Below, one piece after another: positions 12,560 through 24,965 of a DNA stretch of 64,000 nt (position 1 is the first letter of the stretch; the number at the start of each line of letters is the position of its first letter). The DNA is from Octopus vulgaris (taxonomy: Eukaryota). Location: assembly GCA_951406725.2 (NCBI GenBank), contig OX597820.1, positions 4,030,001-4,094,000 of the forward strand, written 5' to 3'. The notes below the pieces were generated by a model. It worked only from the letters and a program-made list of their open reading frames with translations. It did not search any database and was not told the DNA's origin. The translations under genes and the position numbers were made by a program.

Positions 12560-13430
12560 GATTTCAAATTTTGGCACAATGCCAGCAATTTTGAGCGAGA
12601 GGATAAGTCGACAACATCGACACCAGTGTTCAACTGCTACTTTGTTTTATTGAACCCCAAATGGATGAAAGGTGAAGTTGACCCTCAGAGCATTTGAACT
12701 CAGAATGCAAAGTTGGAATAAATGTTGCTGAGCATTTTTCCCGGTGCCGTAACGATTCTGCCAGCTTGCTACCTTCTAATGTTATATAAGAGTTTCAAAT
12801 TTTGGTACAAGGCCAGCAAATTTGGGGGAAAGAGTAAATCGGTTACATTGACCCCAATGAGCAACTGGTATTTTAATTTATCGACCCTGAACGGATGAAA
12901 GGCAAAGTCAACCCCGGCAGCATTTGAACTCAGAAGGTAAGAACAGATGAAATACCTGTTTCTTTATTACCCACAAGGGGCTAAACACAGAGGGGACAAA
13001 CAAGGACAGACAAACGGATTAAGTTGATTATATCAACCCCAGTGTGTAACTGGTACTTATTTAATCGGCCCCGAAAGCATGAAAGGCAAAGTCAACCTCG
13101 GCGGAATTTGATCTCAGAACGTAAAGATGGACTGAATACCTATTTCTTCACTACCCACAAGGGGCTAAACACAGTGGGGACAAACAAGGACAGACAAAAC
13201 GGATTAAGTCGATTATATCGACCCCAGTGTGTAACTGGTACTAATTTAATCGGCCCCGAAAGCATGAAAGGCAAAGTCAACCTTGGTGGAATTTGAACTC
13301 AGAATGTAACGGAAGATGAAATACCGCTAGGCATTTCGCCCAGTGTGCTAACGTTTCTGCCAGCTCACCGCAGATGAAATACCATTGAGCATTTTGCTCG
13401 GTGCAGCAACAAGTCTGCCGGCTTTCCGCT
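12560..13430 (-). mobile_element. Cluster of tRNA-derived SINE copies (second family; Meta-domain-like)
   Basis: Repeated GATGAAAGGCAAAGTCAACC..GAACTCAGAA; internal tandem duplication at 12950-13300; best copy of the family at 39564-39800. Confidence 0.85.
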
Positions 13431-13532
13431 TTCTTACGCCAAATATCAAAAGTCAAATCTGAAAGCTGAAGACTCTGAAAAGATTAATGCAATTAGATAT
13501 TCAAAACCATCGTCTACCAATTCCATACTCAC

Positions 13533-13586
13533 TTGAAGACTTCTCAGTTGTCGGTATAACTTCAGGTGTAGGAGAAGCCGGTGCCT
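13533..13586 (-). CDS. 54-nt phase-1 exon encoding a Pro/Thr/Ser stalk (APASPTPEVIPTTEKSS)
   Basis: Acceptor TTTGTTTATTATTACAG, donor GTGAGT, length divisible by 3, open frame joining the GPI-signal exon. Confidence 0.7.
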
Positions 13587-14028
13587 CTGTAATAATAAAC
13601 AAAAATATTTTCCAATGTTATCAAAAATATTTATTTCTTTATTGCCCGCAGGGGGCTAAACATAGAGGGGACAAACAAGGACAGACAAAGCGATTAAGTT
13701 GATTACATCGACCCCAGTGCGTAACTGGTACTTATTTAATTGATCCCGAAAAGATGAAAGGCAAAGCTGACCTCGGCGGAATTAAATGTTATCCAAAATA
13801 TTAGAAACATTAGGAATTATATCAAATTTGAGTTCTTTTATTCTTTTAATTGTTTCAGTCATTTGACTGCAGCCATGCTGGAGCAGTGCCTTTAGTCGAA
13901 CAAATCGACCCTCAAGACTTATTCTTTGTATGCCTAGTACTTATTCTATCGGTCTCTTTTGTCGAACCATTAAGTTACGGGAACATAAACACACCAGCAT
14001 CAGTTGTCAAGCGATGCTGAGGAGACAA

Positions 14029-14060
<32 letters not shown>

Positions 14061-14710
14061 ACACACACACATGCACACACACACACGATGGGCTTCTTTC
14101 AGTGTTCGCCTACTAAATCCACTGACAAGGCTTTGGTTGGCCTGAGGCTAGAGTAGAAGACACTTTCCCAAAATTCCACGCAGTGGGACTGAACACGGAA
14201 CCATGTGGTTGGTGAGCAAGGTACTTACCACACAGCCACTCCTGCTCCTACAAAATATTTATTTTGGTAATTGTTGTAGAAAATCTGGTTCCTATAAATT
14301 CGATGGAAATAACAATTTCATTACAGTTCTTTTGTCTTTTGTTTGTTTTCATCATTGGACGGTGGCCAGGCTGGGGCACCACCTTGAGGGTTTAGTCAAA
14401 CAAATTGATCCTATTACTTATTATTTTTAAAAGTCTAATACTTATTCGGTTGGTCTCGTTTGCTGAACATCTAAGTTACTGAGACAGACATAAAGAGAAA
14501 CACACACACACATGCACACAACATATATATACGATGGGCTTCTTTCAGTTTCTGTCTACTCACAAGGCTTTGTGGTAAGCTTGGGGCTATAGTAGAAGAC
14601 ACTTGCCCAAGGTGCCATACAGTGGGACTGAACCCGGATCCATGTGGTTGGGAAGCAAACTATTTACCACACAGCCACTCTTGCACCTACATCATCATCA
14701 TCATCATCAT

Positions 14711-14772
<62 letters not shown>

Positions 14773-14793
14773 ATATGTATATATATATATGTA

Positions 14794-15075
<282 letters not shown>

Positions 15076-15081
15076 ATATAT

Positions 15082-15260
15082 GAGCCCGAAGGCTGCACCA
15101 GGCCAGTCAGATCTGGCAGTGTTTCTACAGCTGGGCATCCAGCTGTAGAAACACTGCCAGATCTGACTGGCCTGGTGCAGCCTTCGGGCTCCCCAGACCC
15201 CAGTTGAACCGTCCAACCCATGCTAGCATGGAAAACGGACGCTAAATGATGATGATGATG
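15082..15260 (+). mobile_element. SINE 3' tail (GAT-ending family) with an inverted 5' duplication forming a 110-bp hairpin
   Basis: 15082-15191 is a near-perfect inverted repeat; ends GCTAGCATGGAAAACGGACGCTAAA(TGA)n. Confidence 0.85.
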
Positions 15261-15307
15261 ATATATATATATATATATATATTTGTATTTATGTGCTATC
15301 TGAGTAT

Positions 15308-15366
15308 ATTCCACTGAAGACGGCAGAGCGTCTCTTATGCAAAGCCAGAAATCCAGGATCTGGAAT
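15308..15366 (+). ncRNA. Type-I hammerhead ribozyme with canonical core (family G)
   Basis: ATTCCA-CTGAAGA-CGGC..GCCA-GAAA-TCC A GGA-TC-TGGAAT: 6-bp stem I, stem II GGC/GCC, stem III ATCC/GGAT, AUC cleavage triplet. Confidence 0.8.
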
Positions 15367-15791
15367 TATCCAGTAAAAATTTTTGGCTACTTTATTTTGT
15401 CTCTCTGTCTACTCTCCTGGTGCTATATGAACATTTAAGGTGGCTTTAGAGTCAGGTTTTGACTGCTATTTCAGCAGGGTGGTATCTCTCAGATAACCTA
15501 ATTTATAATTTTAAATAATTATTAACTTTGTAAGGTTTTTATTCCCATGTTGGCCACTTGATAAGATCAATATTTAATTATCGATCTTATCCTTATTTAT
15601 AAATTTATATATATATATATATATATATATGTCTGTTTTTTACATAGATTTTCATCTGTCCTGCCCGCCAAATTTGGTTCTGGTGTTCGCTGAATTTTTC
15701 CTCTAGAGAACTTTCTTTGTAGTTTGATCGTTGATGATCTATTTCTAGCATGCGGCCGACTACCTAGCAGTCTTGCCCTGCCAATATACAC

Positions 15792-15846
<55 letters not shown>

Positions 15847-15882
15847 TATTTATACATACATATATATTTATACATACATATA

Positions 15883-15942
<60 letters not shown>

Positions 15943-17036
15943 CACACACACATACACGTATACATATATAAGCAATGCTTTTGCAGGTGGCAGCACTTTT
16001 GCAGGGGTGTCACTTTTGGGTCTGCTGTATAAGCCTCTATAGGAGTCAGCAAAAATAGGGGCTTCCTCAGGCGTTACACACTCTAGCTATACCAGGGCAC
16101 TATAAACGAATCCCTCATCAGTATATGAAAGGTATGGTTATTTTAATTTCCAACTGCTGCAGGAAAAGTTGCAGCAGGCGCCCCCTATAAATAGCATTCA
16201 CAACCTGCGCCTTAGAAGTCACAGGAAAGAAAGCGAAAACTTTATGATTTTAAATTTAGCAGAAAAATGATAAACATCCATCTAAAAACAGTCAGTTTCA
16301 TACACACTATTATTCTTTTCTTGTTTAAGTCATTTGACTGTGGCCATGCTGGAGCACCACCTTTAGTCGAGCAAATCGACCCTAGGACTTATTCTTTGTA
16401 AGCCTAGTACTTAATCTATTGGATCTCTTTTGCTGAACTGCTAAGTTATGGGGGAAATAAACACACCAGCATTGGTTATCAAGCGATGTTGGGGAGGGAC
16501 AAACACAGACACCCAAACTTATACACACACACACACATACATTCATACATACAGTTTCTGTCTACCAAATCCACTCATAAGGCTTTGGTCAGTCCGAGGC
16601 TATAGTAGAAGACACTTGCCCAAGGTGCCACGCTGTGGTACTGAACTTGGGACTATGTGGTTGGTAAGCAAGCTACTTACCACACAAACACTCCTGCGCC
16701 ATTGTCCATGAATACAATTGAACGAATATATCAAAAATGAAAGCCCATTTGAATATAAGACAGGAGTTCAGTTCTCTGTTCATTGCAATCCTCATCTTTA
16801 TACGCATTCATATTTAAAATATTTCCATGGTTTTCATGTAATATCAAATACACATGTGTTCTATACATTGGTTATGTCACTTCCGGTTTCTGTCGCAATT
16901 TACTTTCATTGTTTTTAGGACAATTTACTTTCACTTTTTCCAACATTTAAACTGCATGTCACCCATTACAACATCGGCCTAAGAACACTATTCCCTCAAT
17001 CAGTTCACACACACACACACGCACGCACACACACAC

Positions 17037-17082
<46 letters not shown>

Positions 17083-17241
17083 GCAAGCAGCTTTAAAATA
17101 AACTGCTTTGGCATGCATATAGTCAAAGTTATCTGTTGTTCTTTGAGTCACTTTTCACTGTGGCCACTGGCTTGCAAAACAAATAGCTAAATAAACAATA
17201 CGAATTTGACGGAGGAAAACTAACCAATGTACTCAGAGTTC

Positions 17242-17600
17242 GGATCTCTTTGCTTTGACCGGCAGATTTTTAAAATAATTTCCACTTAGCTAAACACTTT
17301 TAAACTTCGTATACTGGTAGAATGTGTTTATAAAACATATTTTTCTCTTGGCTTTCTTGAGAAAATTCTGTAGTGTTTACGGCAGAAATTGTATTCACTT
17401 CAATAGACGTCATTGATTGGTTGAAATTGCAGAAATGCAAGAAAATAAACAAGAAATAGCTTACAAACTACAGAATTTTCTCAAGAAAGCCAAGAGAAAA
17501 AGATGTTTTATGTAACACATTCTACCAGTATACGAAGTTTGAAAGTGTTTAGTTACAAAGAAATTATTTTAAAACTCTGCCGGTCAAAGCAAAAAGATCC
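17242..17600. mobile_element. MITE with ~130-bp TIRs and 8-bp TSD
   Basis: TSD CAGAGTTC at 17234-17241 and 17601-17608; TIR GGATC..TTTGCTTTGACCGGCAGA. A related GGATC-ended element spans ~27001-27956. Confidence 0.9.
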
Positions 17601-17849
17601 CAGAGTTCCACACAGCAACCTTTGGACGTCCAAGCACCATCAGAGCAGCACAGAACAACCACAACTAAGTGCCATGTTTATTTCTTTTCATTTGTTTTGC
17701 TTGTAAAAACATCCAGCATCTGACTAAGTTGGGAACACAGATTTAGTGGCAATACAGTTTGACTTCTATTTTTAGCATACAAGGGATCCATACAGTGGTT
17801 TCTCATATTGTTTATGTTTAAATAAATCTCAAAACCGAAATGAAAAACC

Positions 17850-18100
17850 ATTTTTGCATAATTATTGTGCCATTTTTTCAACAAATTTTATTCAACAAAA
17901 ACAATAACAACATGTAACAAAACCATCTTTAAATGATTATTCTGGAGCATATTCACCATCCACTTCAATTACTGCTTCCCATTTGCTTGGCAGACGGTCA
18001 GACCATCATTTAAAGATGTTTTTGTTGAATATTGTTATTGTTTTTGTTGAATAAAATTTGTTGAAAATAAAAAAGCCGCAATAGTTATGCACCAACCCAA
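17850..18100. mobile_element. Mariner-derived MITE (inverted arms, transposase C-terminal remnant)
   Basis: Long inverted arms; minus strand DRLPSKWEAVIEVDGEYAPE*; terminal CACCAACCCAA. Confidence 0.75.
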
Positions 18101-18136
18101 CATATACATATTTGAAAGTGAATTCTATTTACGTAC

Positions 18137-18222
18137 GACAGCTGACGCTAGACAGGAATATTTCAAAATAACTTTCACATCCATATTGCAAGCTGCAGTC
18201 GTATCCAGGCTGGTAAACCGAC
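18137..18222 (-). CDS. Internal exon of the probable GPI-anchored protein (frame and donor ambiguous)
   Basis: Acceptor TTCTATTTTATTTCAG; donor GTACGT (exon end 18137) or GTAAAT (exon end 18133). Open as RFTSLDTTAACNMDVKVILKYSC.. or as SVYQPGYDCSLQYGCESYFEIF.. Confidence 0.55.
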
Positions 18223-18288
18223 CTGAAATAAAATAGAACAAACGAATCTGAACCATCAGTCGCAAGAACACTGCTAGTATATACTCAC

Positions 18289-18349
18289 CATTACGTGTGT
18301 TTCCTTTGTTAATAGGAATTACAAAATTGTACGATATGTAAGATATCTC
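18289..18349 (-). CDS. Internal exon (EISYISYNFVIPINKGNTRNG), same gene
   Basis: Acceptor TTTCTAATAG, donor GTGAGT, 66-nt intron to the next exon, open frame. Confidence 0.5.
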
Positions 18350-18910
18350 CTATTAGAAACATATGTAATGGGGAAAAAATAATGTCAAAAAATTTCTTCC
18401 AATCTCCTGTTTCGCTATGTAATTAATCTGCAGGCAATGTTTTCCAGTATTCTTCATTTCTTATGTATGCCTCACACAATTACAACATCTATGAGGTCGT
18501 TGCTATTCGAGCGAGGTCATTGCCAGTACCGCCTGACTGGGCCCCATGCCGGTGGCACATAAAAATCACCCACGACACTCTCAGAGTGGTTGGCGTTAGG
18601 AAGGGCATCCAGCTGTAGAAGTTCTGCCAAATCAAGATTGGAGCCTGGTGCAGCCATCTGGTTCGCCAGCCCTCAGTCAAAATCGCCCAACCCATGCTAG
18701 CATGGAAAGCGGACGTTAAACGATGATGATGATGATGTTGTTGATGTACAGTACAACTTTGGAACTTTGGAGTACCGGAATAAGCAGATGTACTTCGTGA
18801 GAGCACAGCCTGGATTAGAACTCTATCTACATAATATGTGCATACATACATAGCTAGATCACTAGCCACTACACATTCTTTATTTTCTCTCCTTATTTCT
18901 TTCTGTGTTC

Positions 18911-18946
18911 CTTTCTGTGGAAGAGTGTAGGCTCGAAACGTTAAAG
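18911..18946 (+). ncRNA. Minimal hammerhead-like motif with CUGUGGA core (family B)
   Basis: CTTT-CTGTGGA-A-GAGT GTAG GCTC-GAAA-CGTT-AAAG; lies in a ~190-bp repeat (18855-19045) shared with 2120-2300 and 45210-45390. Confidence 0.55.
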
Positions 18947-19965
18947 ACTTTTTCACTTCCCGAGCGTTAAACTAATACATCTGTTTGTTGTCTACACCAC
19001 CTGTCTTTGTCTTTTGTTTTTTTTTTGTTAATTTGCCCCCTGTATATATATGAATACATATGGAGATCAGATTGGAGTCTGGTGCAGCCATCTGGTTTTC
19101 CAGTCCTCAGTCAAATCGTCCAACCCATGCTAGCATGGAAAGCGGATGTTAAACGATTATGATGATGATGATGATATATATATATATGTGTGTGTGTATG
19201 TATAATTGTTGTCATGGCTGATGACAGTACTGCCTGATTGGCACCTATGCCACAGGAATGTTAAAAGCACCTTTTAAGTGTGATCGTTGCCAGGGCCGTT
19301 GACTGGCTCCTGCGCTGGTGGCACATAAAAAGCACCATTCAAGCGTGATTGTTGCCAGCATCACCTGAATGGCTCCTGTACCGGTGGCACATAAAAAACA
19401 CCATTCAAGTATGGTTGATGCCAGTACGCCTGACTGCTCTCATGCTGGTGGCACGCAAAAGTACCCACTGGACTCTTGGAGTGGTTGGCGTTAGGAAGGG
19501 CATCCAGCTCAGTCAAACCGTCCAACCCATGCCAGCACGGGAAGCGGACATTAAACAACAATGATGATGATGATGGTTTGCTCTTTTACTTGTTTCAGTC
19601 ATTTGACTGAGGCCAAGCTGGAGCACCGCCTTTTAGTCAAAGAAATTGACCCCAGGACTTACTCTTTGCAAGCTTCGTACTTGTTCTACTGGCTCTTTTC
19701 CCGAACCAGCATCAGTTGTCAAGCAAAGGTGGGGGGACAAACACAGACACAAATAAATATACACATACATACATATATACATACACACACACATACATAT
19801 ATATATATATATGACAGGCTTCTTTCAGTTTCTGTCTAGCAAATGCACTCACAAGGCTTTGGTCAGCCTGTGTAGAAGACACTTGCCCAAGTTGCCACGC
19901 AGTGAGACTGAACCTGGAATCATGTGGTTGGGAAGCAAGCTTCTTACCACACAGCCACTCCTGCA

Positions 19966-20005
<40 letters not shown>

Positions 20006-20045
20006 GGGGATGTAGCTCAGTGGTAGAGCGTTCGCTTTGCATGTG
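20006..20045 (+). pseudogene. 5' fragment of tRNA-Ala(TGC) fused to a SINE tail
   Basis: GGGGATGTAGCTCAGTGGTAGAGCGTTCGCTTTGCATGTG is the tRNA-Ala 5' part through the anticodon loop; no T-arm or 3' acceptor strand. Confidence 0.8.
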
Positions 20046-20546
20046 GCACCTGTGCTGGTGGCACGTAAAAAGCACCCACTACACTCGTGGAGTGGTTGGC
20101 GTTAGGAAGGGCATCCAGCTGTAGAAACACTGCCAGATCAGACTGGAGCCTGGTGGAGCCCCTGGCTTCCCAGACCCCGGTCGAACCGTCCAACCCGTGC
20201 TAGCGCGGAAAACAGACATTGAACGATGATGATGATATATATAGATTACACACACACACATGTAAACATCCCACACATACACACATATTGATATACACAT
20301 TCATATTTTGATTCTATAATTAAGCTTCTTTTTTTCTGCAGGATCCTACATTGTAAGGATATATTTTCTGTTAATATTTTTCTATGCAGCCTTATTTTAT
20401 GGTGTACAGTGTTGTGTATCAAAATTGTTTTTGTCATAAATGCATGTTTTGTCTCATACGACAGAGTGTTGGGCTCGTCTGGCAAATTTAACAGAAGTGT
20501 CTTGTTTGTAACTTCCATTTTTGCAATCCATTTATGAATTAAATCT

Positions 20547-20966
20547 GCAGGAGTGGCTGTGTGGTAAGTAGTAGATTGCTAACCAACCACATGGTTCCGG
20601 GTTCAGTCCCACTGCGTGGCATCTTGGGCAAGTGTCTTCTGCTATAGCCCCGGGTCGACCAAAGCCTTGTGAGTGGATTTGGTAGACGGAAACTGAAAGA
20701 AGCCTGTCGTATATATGTATATATATATAAGTGTGTGTGTGTATATGTTTGTGTGTCTGTGTTTGTCCCCCTAGCATTCCTTGACAACCAATGCTGGTGT
20801 GTTTACGTCCCCGTCACTTAGCGGTTCGGCAAAAGAGACTGATAGAATAAGTACTGGGCTTACAAAGAATAAGTCCTGGGGTCGATTTGCTCGACTAAAG
20901 GCGGTGCTCCAGCATGGCCACAGTCAAATGACTGAAACAAGTAAAAGAGTAAAGAGAGTAAAAGAG
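20547..20966 (+). mobile_element. CORE-type tRNA SINE, full-length
   Basis: Same family as 7307-7729. Confidence 0.9.
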
Positions 20967-22717
20967 TACCTCCCGAGTGTGGAAGGCAAACCTCTCTCAC
21001 TCTGCAATCTATTTATACTATGTTGTTTAGTGCTCCACGGGTTTCTGACCCCACTTTGCATTCTGCCCTAATTGAGTACAGTATAAATCATGTGAAAAAA
21101 ATACAGATAAATATTTTTCACATTGATGCATCAAATATGCATAATGGAGCAAGCGAAAAGACTTTGATTGCAAAAAAACAAAAAAACTCGTTAAGACTAA
21201 TCATACATGAAAATGTGGCGGACGCTGAGTTCTGTTTTTGAAAATTATTCAGAGCAAAATCTCTCGGTTTTAAAAGAATGGTGGAGAAGTGAAAAGTGAG
21301 TATGTATACATGTTTTTTTAAAGCTTCTGAAATTAGTTTAGCTGTCACCATCATCATCATCATCATCATCATTTAACGTTCAATCTCCATGTTGGCATGA
21401 GTTTCACGGTTTGACAGGACTTGGTAAGGCTGGGAACTGCACCAGGCTCCATTGACTGTTTTGGCAATGTTTCTACAGCTGGATGCCCTTCCTAATGCCA
21501 ACCATTTTACAGAGTGTACTGGGTGCTTTTTACATGGAAACTTTTTCCGTAGTCACAACACGTGTGCTTTTTCTGTGAAGCCAGCATGGGTGCTTTTTTA
21601 CATGGCATCAGCTCCTGCGGGGGTCACCATTTCCGAAAAAGAAAACCCCATTTAAATTGCTGATGACCATCAAAGTGTTTTACCTCATAATTAAGTGATT
21701 TAGTAGTTTAAAACTAATATTTACATCTCAAAGATTATATCCAAAAACAGCTTTTGTGAATTTTTGGTTAGAACTGAAATTTTTGGCTTCTTTCATAGAG
21801 ACACTTTCATAAAGTAGAATTCTTTGGAAATACTTATAATCTTGTATGTTAACACCAAAGTCTTCCACGCTTTTACCTCAATTACTTAACTGATATTCTA
21901 TTAAAAAACAAAACATGTTATGAATTTCCTGCAGGTTGTAATTATTCTCGTCTCTAATAGAATGTCTCATTTCATAAAACATTTAATTTAATAAGTCAAG
22001 GTTTATCATACTGAAGATTTCTAAACAGAATGAAATGGTGCTACATGACTTGAAATAGATAAATGAATATGTGAATTCTATGCATTTTTTTCTTTTAGAA
22101 TTCTTTGATAACAAATTCAAATTTCTAATCCCGACAAGTTTTATGAAGAAAAGATGAACTCCCTTCTAATAGCTTAAACCACAAAAGGAAACATGTTTGT
22201 TATTAGTTCATATAAAAATGCACCTTCACATTATAAATTTCTTTGTTCCTTTCGCAAATCATAGAAGTTTCCGAATTGCATGGATATAAAAATATTTATT
22301 GCTTGTAGGAGGAAGTGAAAAATTGAAAATATCTTGAAATATAATTGAAAATTTATTGAAATAGAATCCAAATTTGAAGAACATGCATCAAAGAGGAAGA
22401 TAATGGCAAGTTTAAGGAAATGAGTTTACCAAAAGTAAGAGCAGTTGTAACTTCCTTTAACCAATTCACCCAGCGTATTCATTGAGTAACGCATAATGGA
22501 AAAACAGTCTGAAAAGATATGGATGAAAATTTCATTAAATAACAGCTTCTGTTTTTGATAGGCATTGCCCAGGACTTAGTTTTTATGTGGCAAAAAACTG
22601 AAATAAAATAATAAATAAACAAAAATAGTTAATTGAAAATTTATAATTAAACTAAATTAGTTATAACTGAACATGTATAAAATTAGAAACTCACAGAAGC
22701 ACATGCATACATATGTA

Positions 22718-24008
22718 CAAGGGGCGTTCAATAAGTAATGCCCCTGACCCACTTCCCATAGCAGTAGAGCAATGAAACTTGGCACAGTTATTAGTCTTTT
22801 TCTACATAGGAACCACTCAGAGTTACACATTTCTCCCATCGTTTGATGCAACTCTGGAGACCATTTTTGTAGAAGACCCCAGCTTGGTCCTCCAACCTCA
22901 ACGTGACTTCAGAAATCAAGGCTGCATCATCTGGGAAATGCTTTCCTTTCAAAAACAACTTCATGGCTGGGAAGAGGTGAAAATCAGAGGGTGCAAGGTC
23001 GGGAGAGTAGGGGGACGGGGGAGGAGTTAATAGCCGCACGCCTGTGCTTCTGATCTGGCGACACACGAGTTGTAGACCGGAGCGTTGTCCTGCAGGAGGA
23101 GGATGCCTTTGCTGATCTTGCCCCGCCTCTTGATTTTGATAGCTTCTCTTAATTTCCTCAAAAGTGAAGCATAATAGGCTCCTGTAATTGTGGTACCCTT
23201 TGCCAGGAAATCTGTCATCACTACTCCGTCCTGGTCCCAGAAGACTGTGAGCATGACCTTGCCAGCGGAGGGCTGCACCCTTGCCTTCTTTGGAGGAGGT
23301 GAGTCACGGTGCTTCCACTGCATTGACTGGGCTTTGGTCTCTGGATCATAGTGATGGACCCAGGTTTCATCCTGTGTAATCAGTCTTTTGAAAAATTTTG
23401 ACTCATCTTCTTAGCATATCTCCAAATTCATCCTCGAGCACTCGACGCGTTCTTGCTTCTGGAAAGGTGTGATCAACCTGGGAATCCATCTGGCAGACAC
23501 CTTTTGCATATGCAAATGGTCATGAATGATAGTTTCCACAGACCCGGTACTAATCTTGACCTCATGGGCTATTTGGCGAATAGTTATGCATCGATCTTCC
23601 AAAATGGCAGCCTCAACTTGACGGACAGATGCCTCATCAATGGCAGAAGGGGGCGACCAGATCTGGGAGCTGTTTCCACAGAGTTCCAACCATCTTTGAA
23701 TTCATGATGCCAGCGTTTTACAAGGTCATATGATGGGGCATCATCACCATAAGTTACTTTCATTTCATCAAAAGTCTCCCGTGGTGTGCGTCCTTTCAAA
23801 TACAAAAACCGGATCACTGCTCAACACTCAACAGGCTCCATTTCACACTTGACTCAGTTCAAACACCTGTAAATCAGAAACCACAATTAATTCAGAGCTG
23901 TAATTTGCCACTTAATCTATAGAGATATAAATAATTGCACATGTAAATTTTCAGCTACATCAAACAACTGCAAGTGGGTCAGAGGCATTACTTATTGAAC
24001 ACCGCTCG
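22718..24008 (-). mobile_element. Full-length (~1.29 kb) mariner transposon, probably irritans-like; inactive
   Basis: TA TSDs; TIR C(A/G)AG..G.GTTCAATAAGTAATGCC; transposase motifs SARWIPR, DETWVHHYDPETK, QDNAP, PYSPDLAPSDFHLF. Confidence 0.95.
22791..23841 (-). pseudogene. Mariner DD34D transposase with stops and frameshifts
   Basis: Split over ORFs 23584-23817, 23411-23689, 23027-23323 and 22791-23066. Confidence 0.92.
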
Positions 24009-24670
24009 TAGGTTTGTATAAATACATTAACACACGCATAATAAAGCACACACTTACATATACATAGCAAACATAAGAAGAATAGGATAAACCTGAAATG
24101 CAGTTTATACCATTCTACGTTTGGTTTGCCATTATGTATAGCAATTTGCATCTTCTTCAGTAGTGTTCATACCGACAAAGACATGAGTGTTGTGCTTCAC
24201 TCTTGAGAAAATATGTTGAATGTTCGTAACTCAGTTACTCAGCTCACTTCTGAGGGCCACACTGTACAATGCCTAGGCCTCCTTGTGTGTAGCTGCCAGC
24301 TCATTCATCTCTCATCTCATGATTTCCACGTGGTTGCATGGGACTTCCTTTGAGAGTTAGTTATATCATCATCATCATCATCATCATCATCATCGTTTAA
24401 CGTCCACTTTCCATGCTAGCATGGGTTGGACGGTTCAACTGGGGTCTGAGAAGCCCGAAGGCTGCACCAGGCCAGTCACATCTGGCAGTGTTTCTACAGC
24501 TGGATGCCCTTCCTAACGCCAAGAACTATATATATATATATATATGAAGCGGAGAAAACACCTAAATGTGAAACAAGGTGGAAAAAAGAGTACTCAAATA
24601 CCAGGGGTAGAGTAATATGTTTTATTTCAAAGCAGCAGAAATTCAACAATTTCTGCTGCTTTGAAATAAA

Positions 24671-24723
<53 letters not shown>

Positions 24724-24965
24724 CATACATTCAAAAGAGATGTCTCAAGAATTCAATCACTACTACCATCCACAACGGGTCACTTTCAGGGCACTTGACC
24801 ATTTAACATACTACTGTCATGGCACTCCCGCATTCTTCTTCTCCTCCTCCCTCTCCTTCTCTTCTTCTTCCCTACCAAGAATTCACAATGACCTCGAACC
24901 CACAAGAGTAAACAAGGGAGACAGAGACAGGCAGAAACAAGCAAAATGCCCATTGTATTTGAATA

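Noticed and set aside
19220-19500. Regularly spaced GGTGGCAC(A/G)TAAAAAGCACC units resembling a CRISPR array (also 61700-61890)
   Set aside because: The spacers are homologous to each other; this is an internal tandem repeat of a SINE in eukaryotic DNA with no cas genes.
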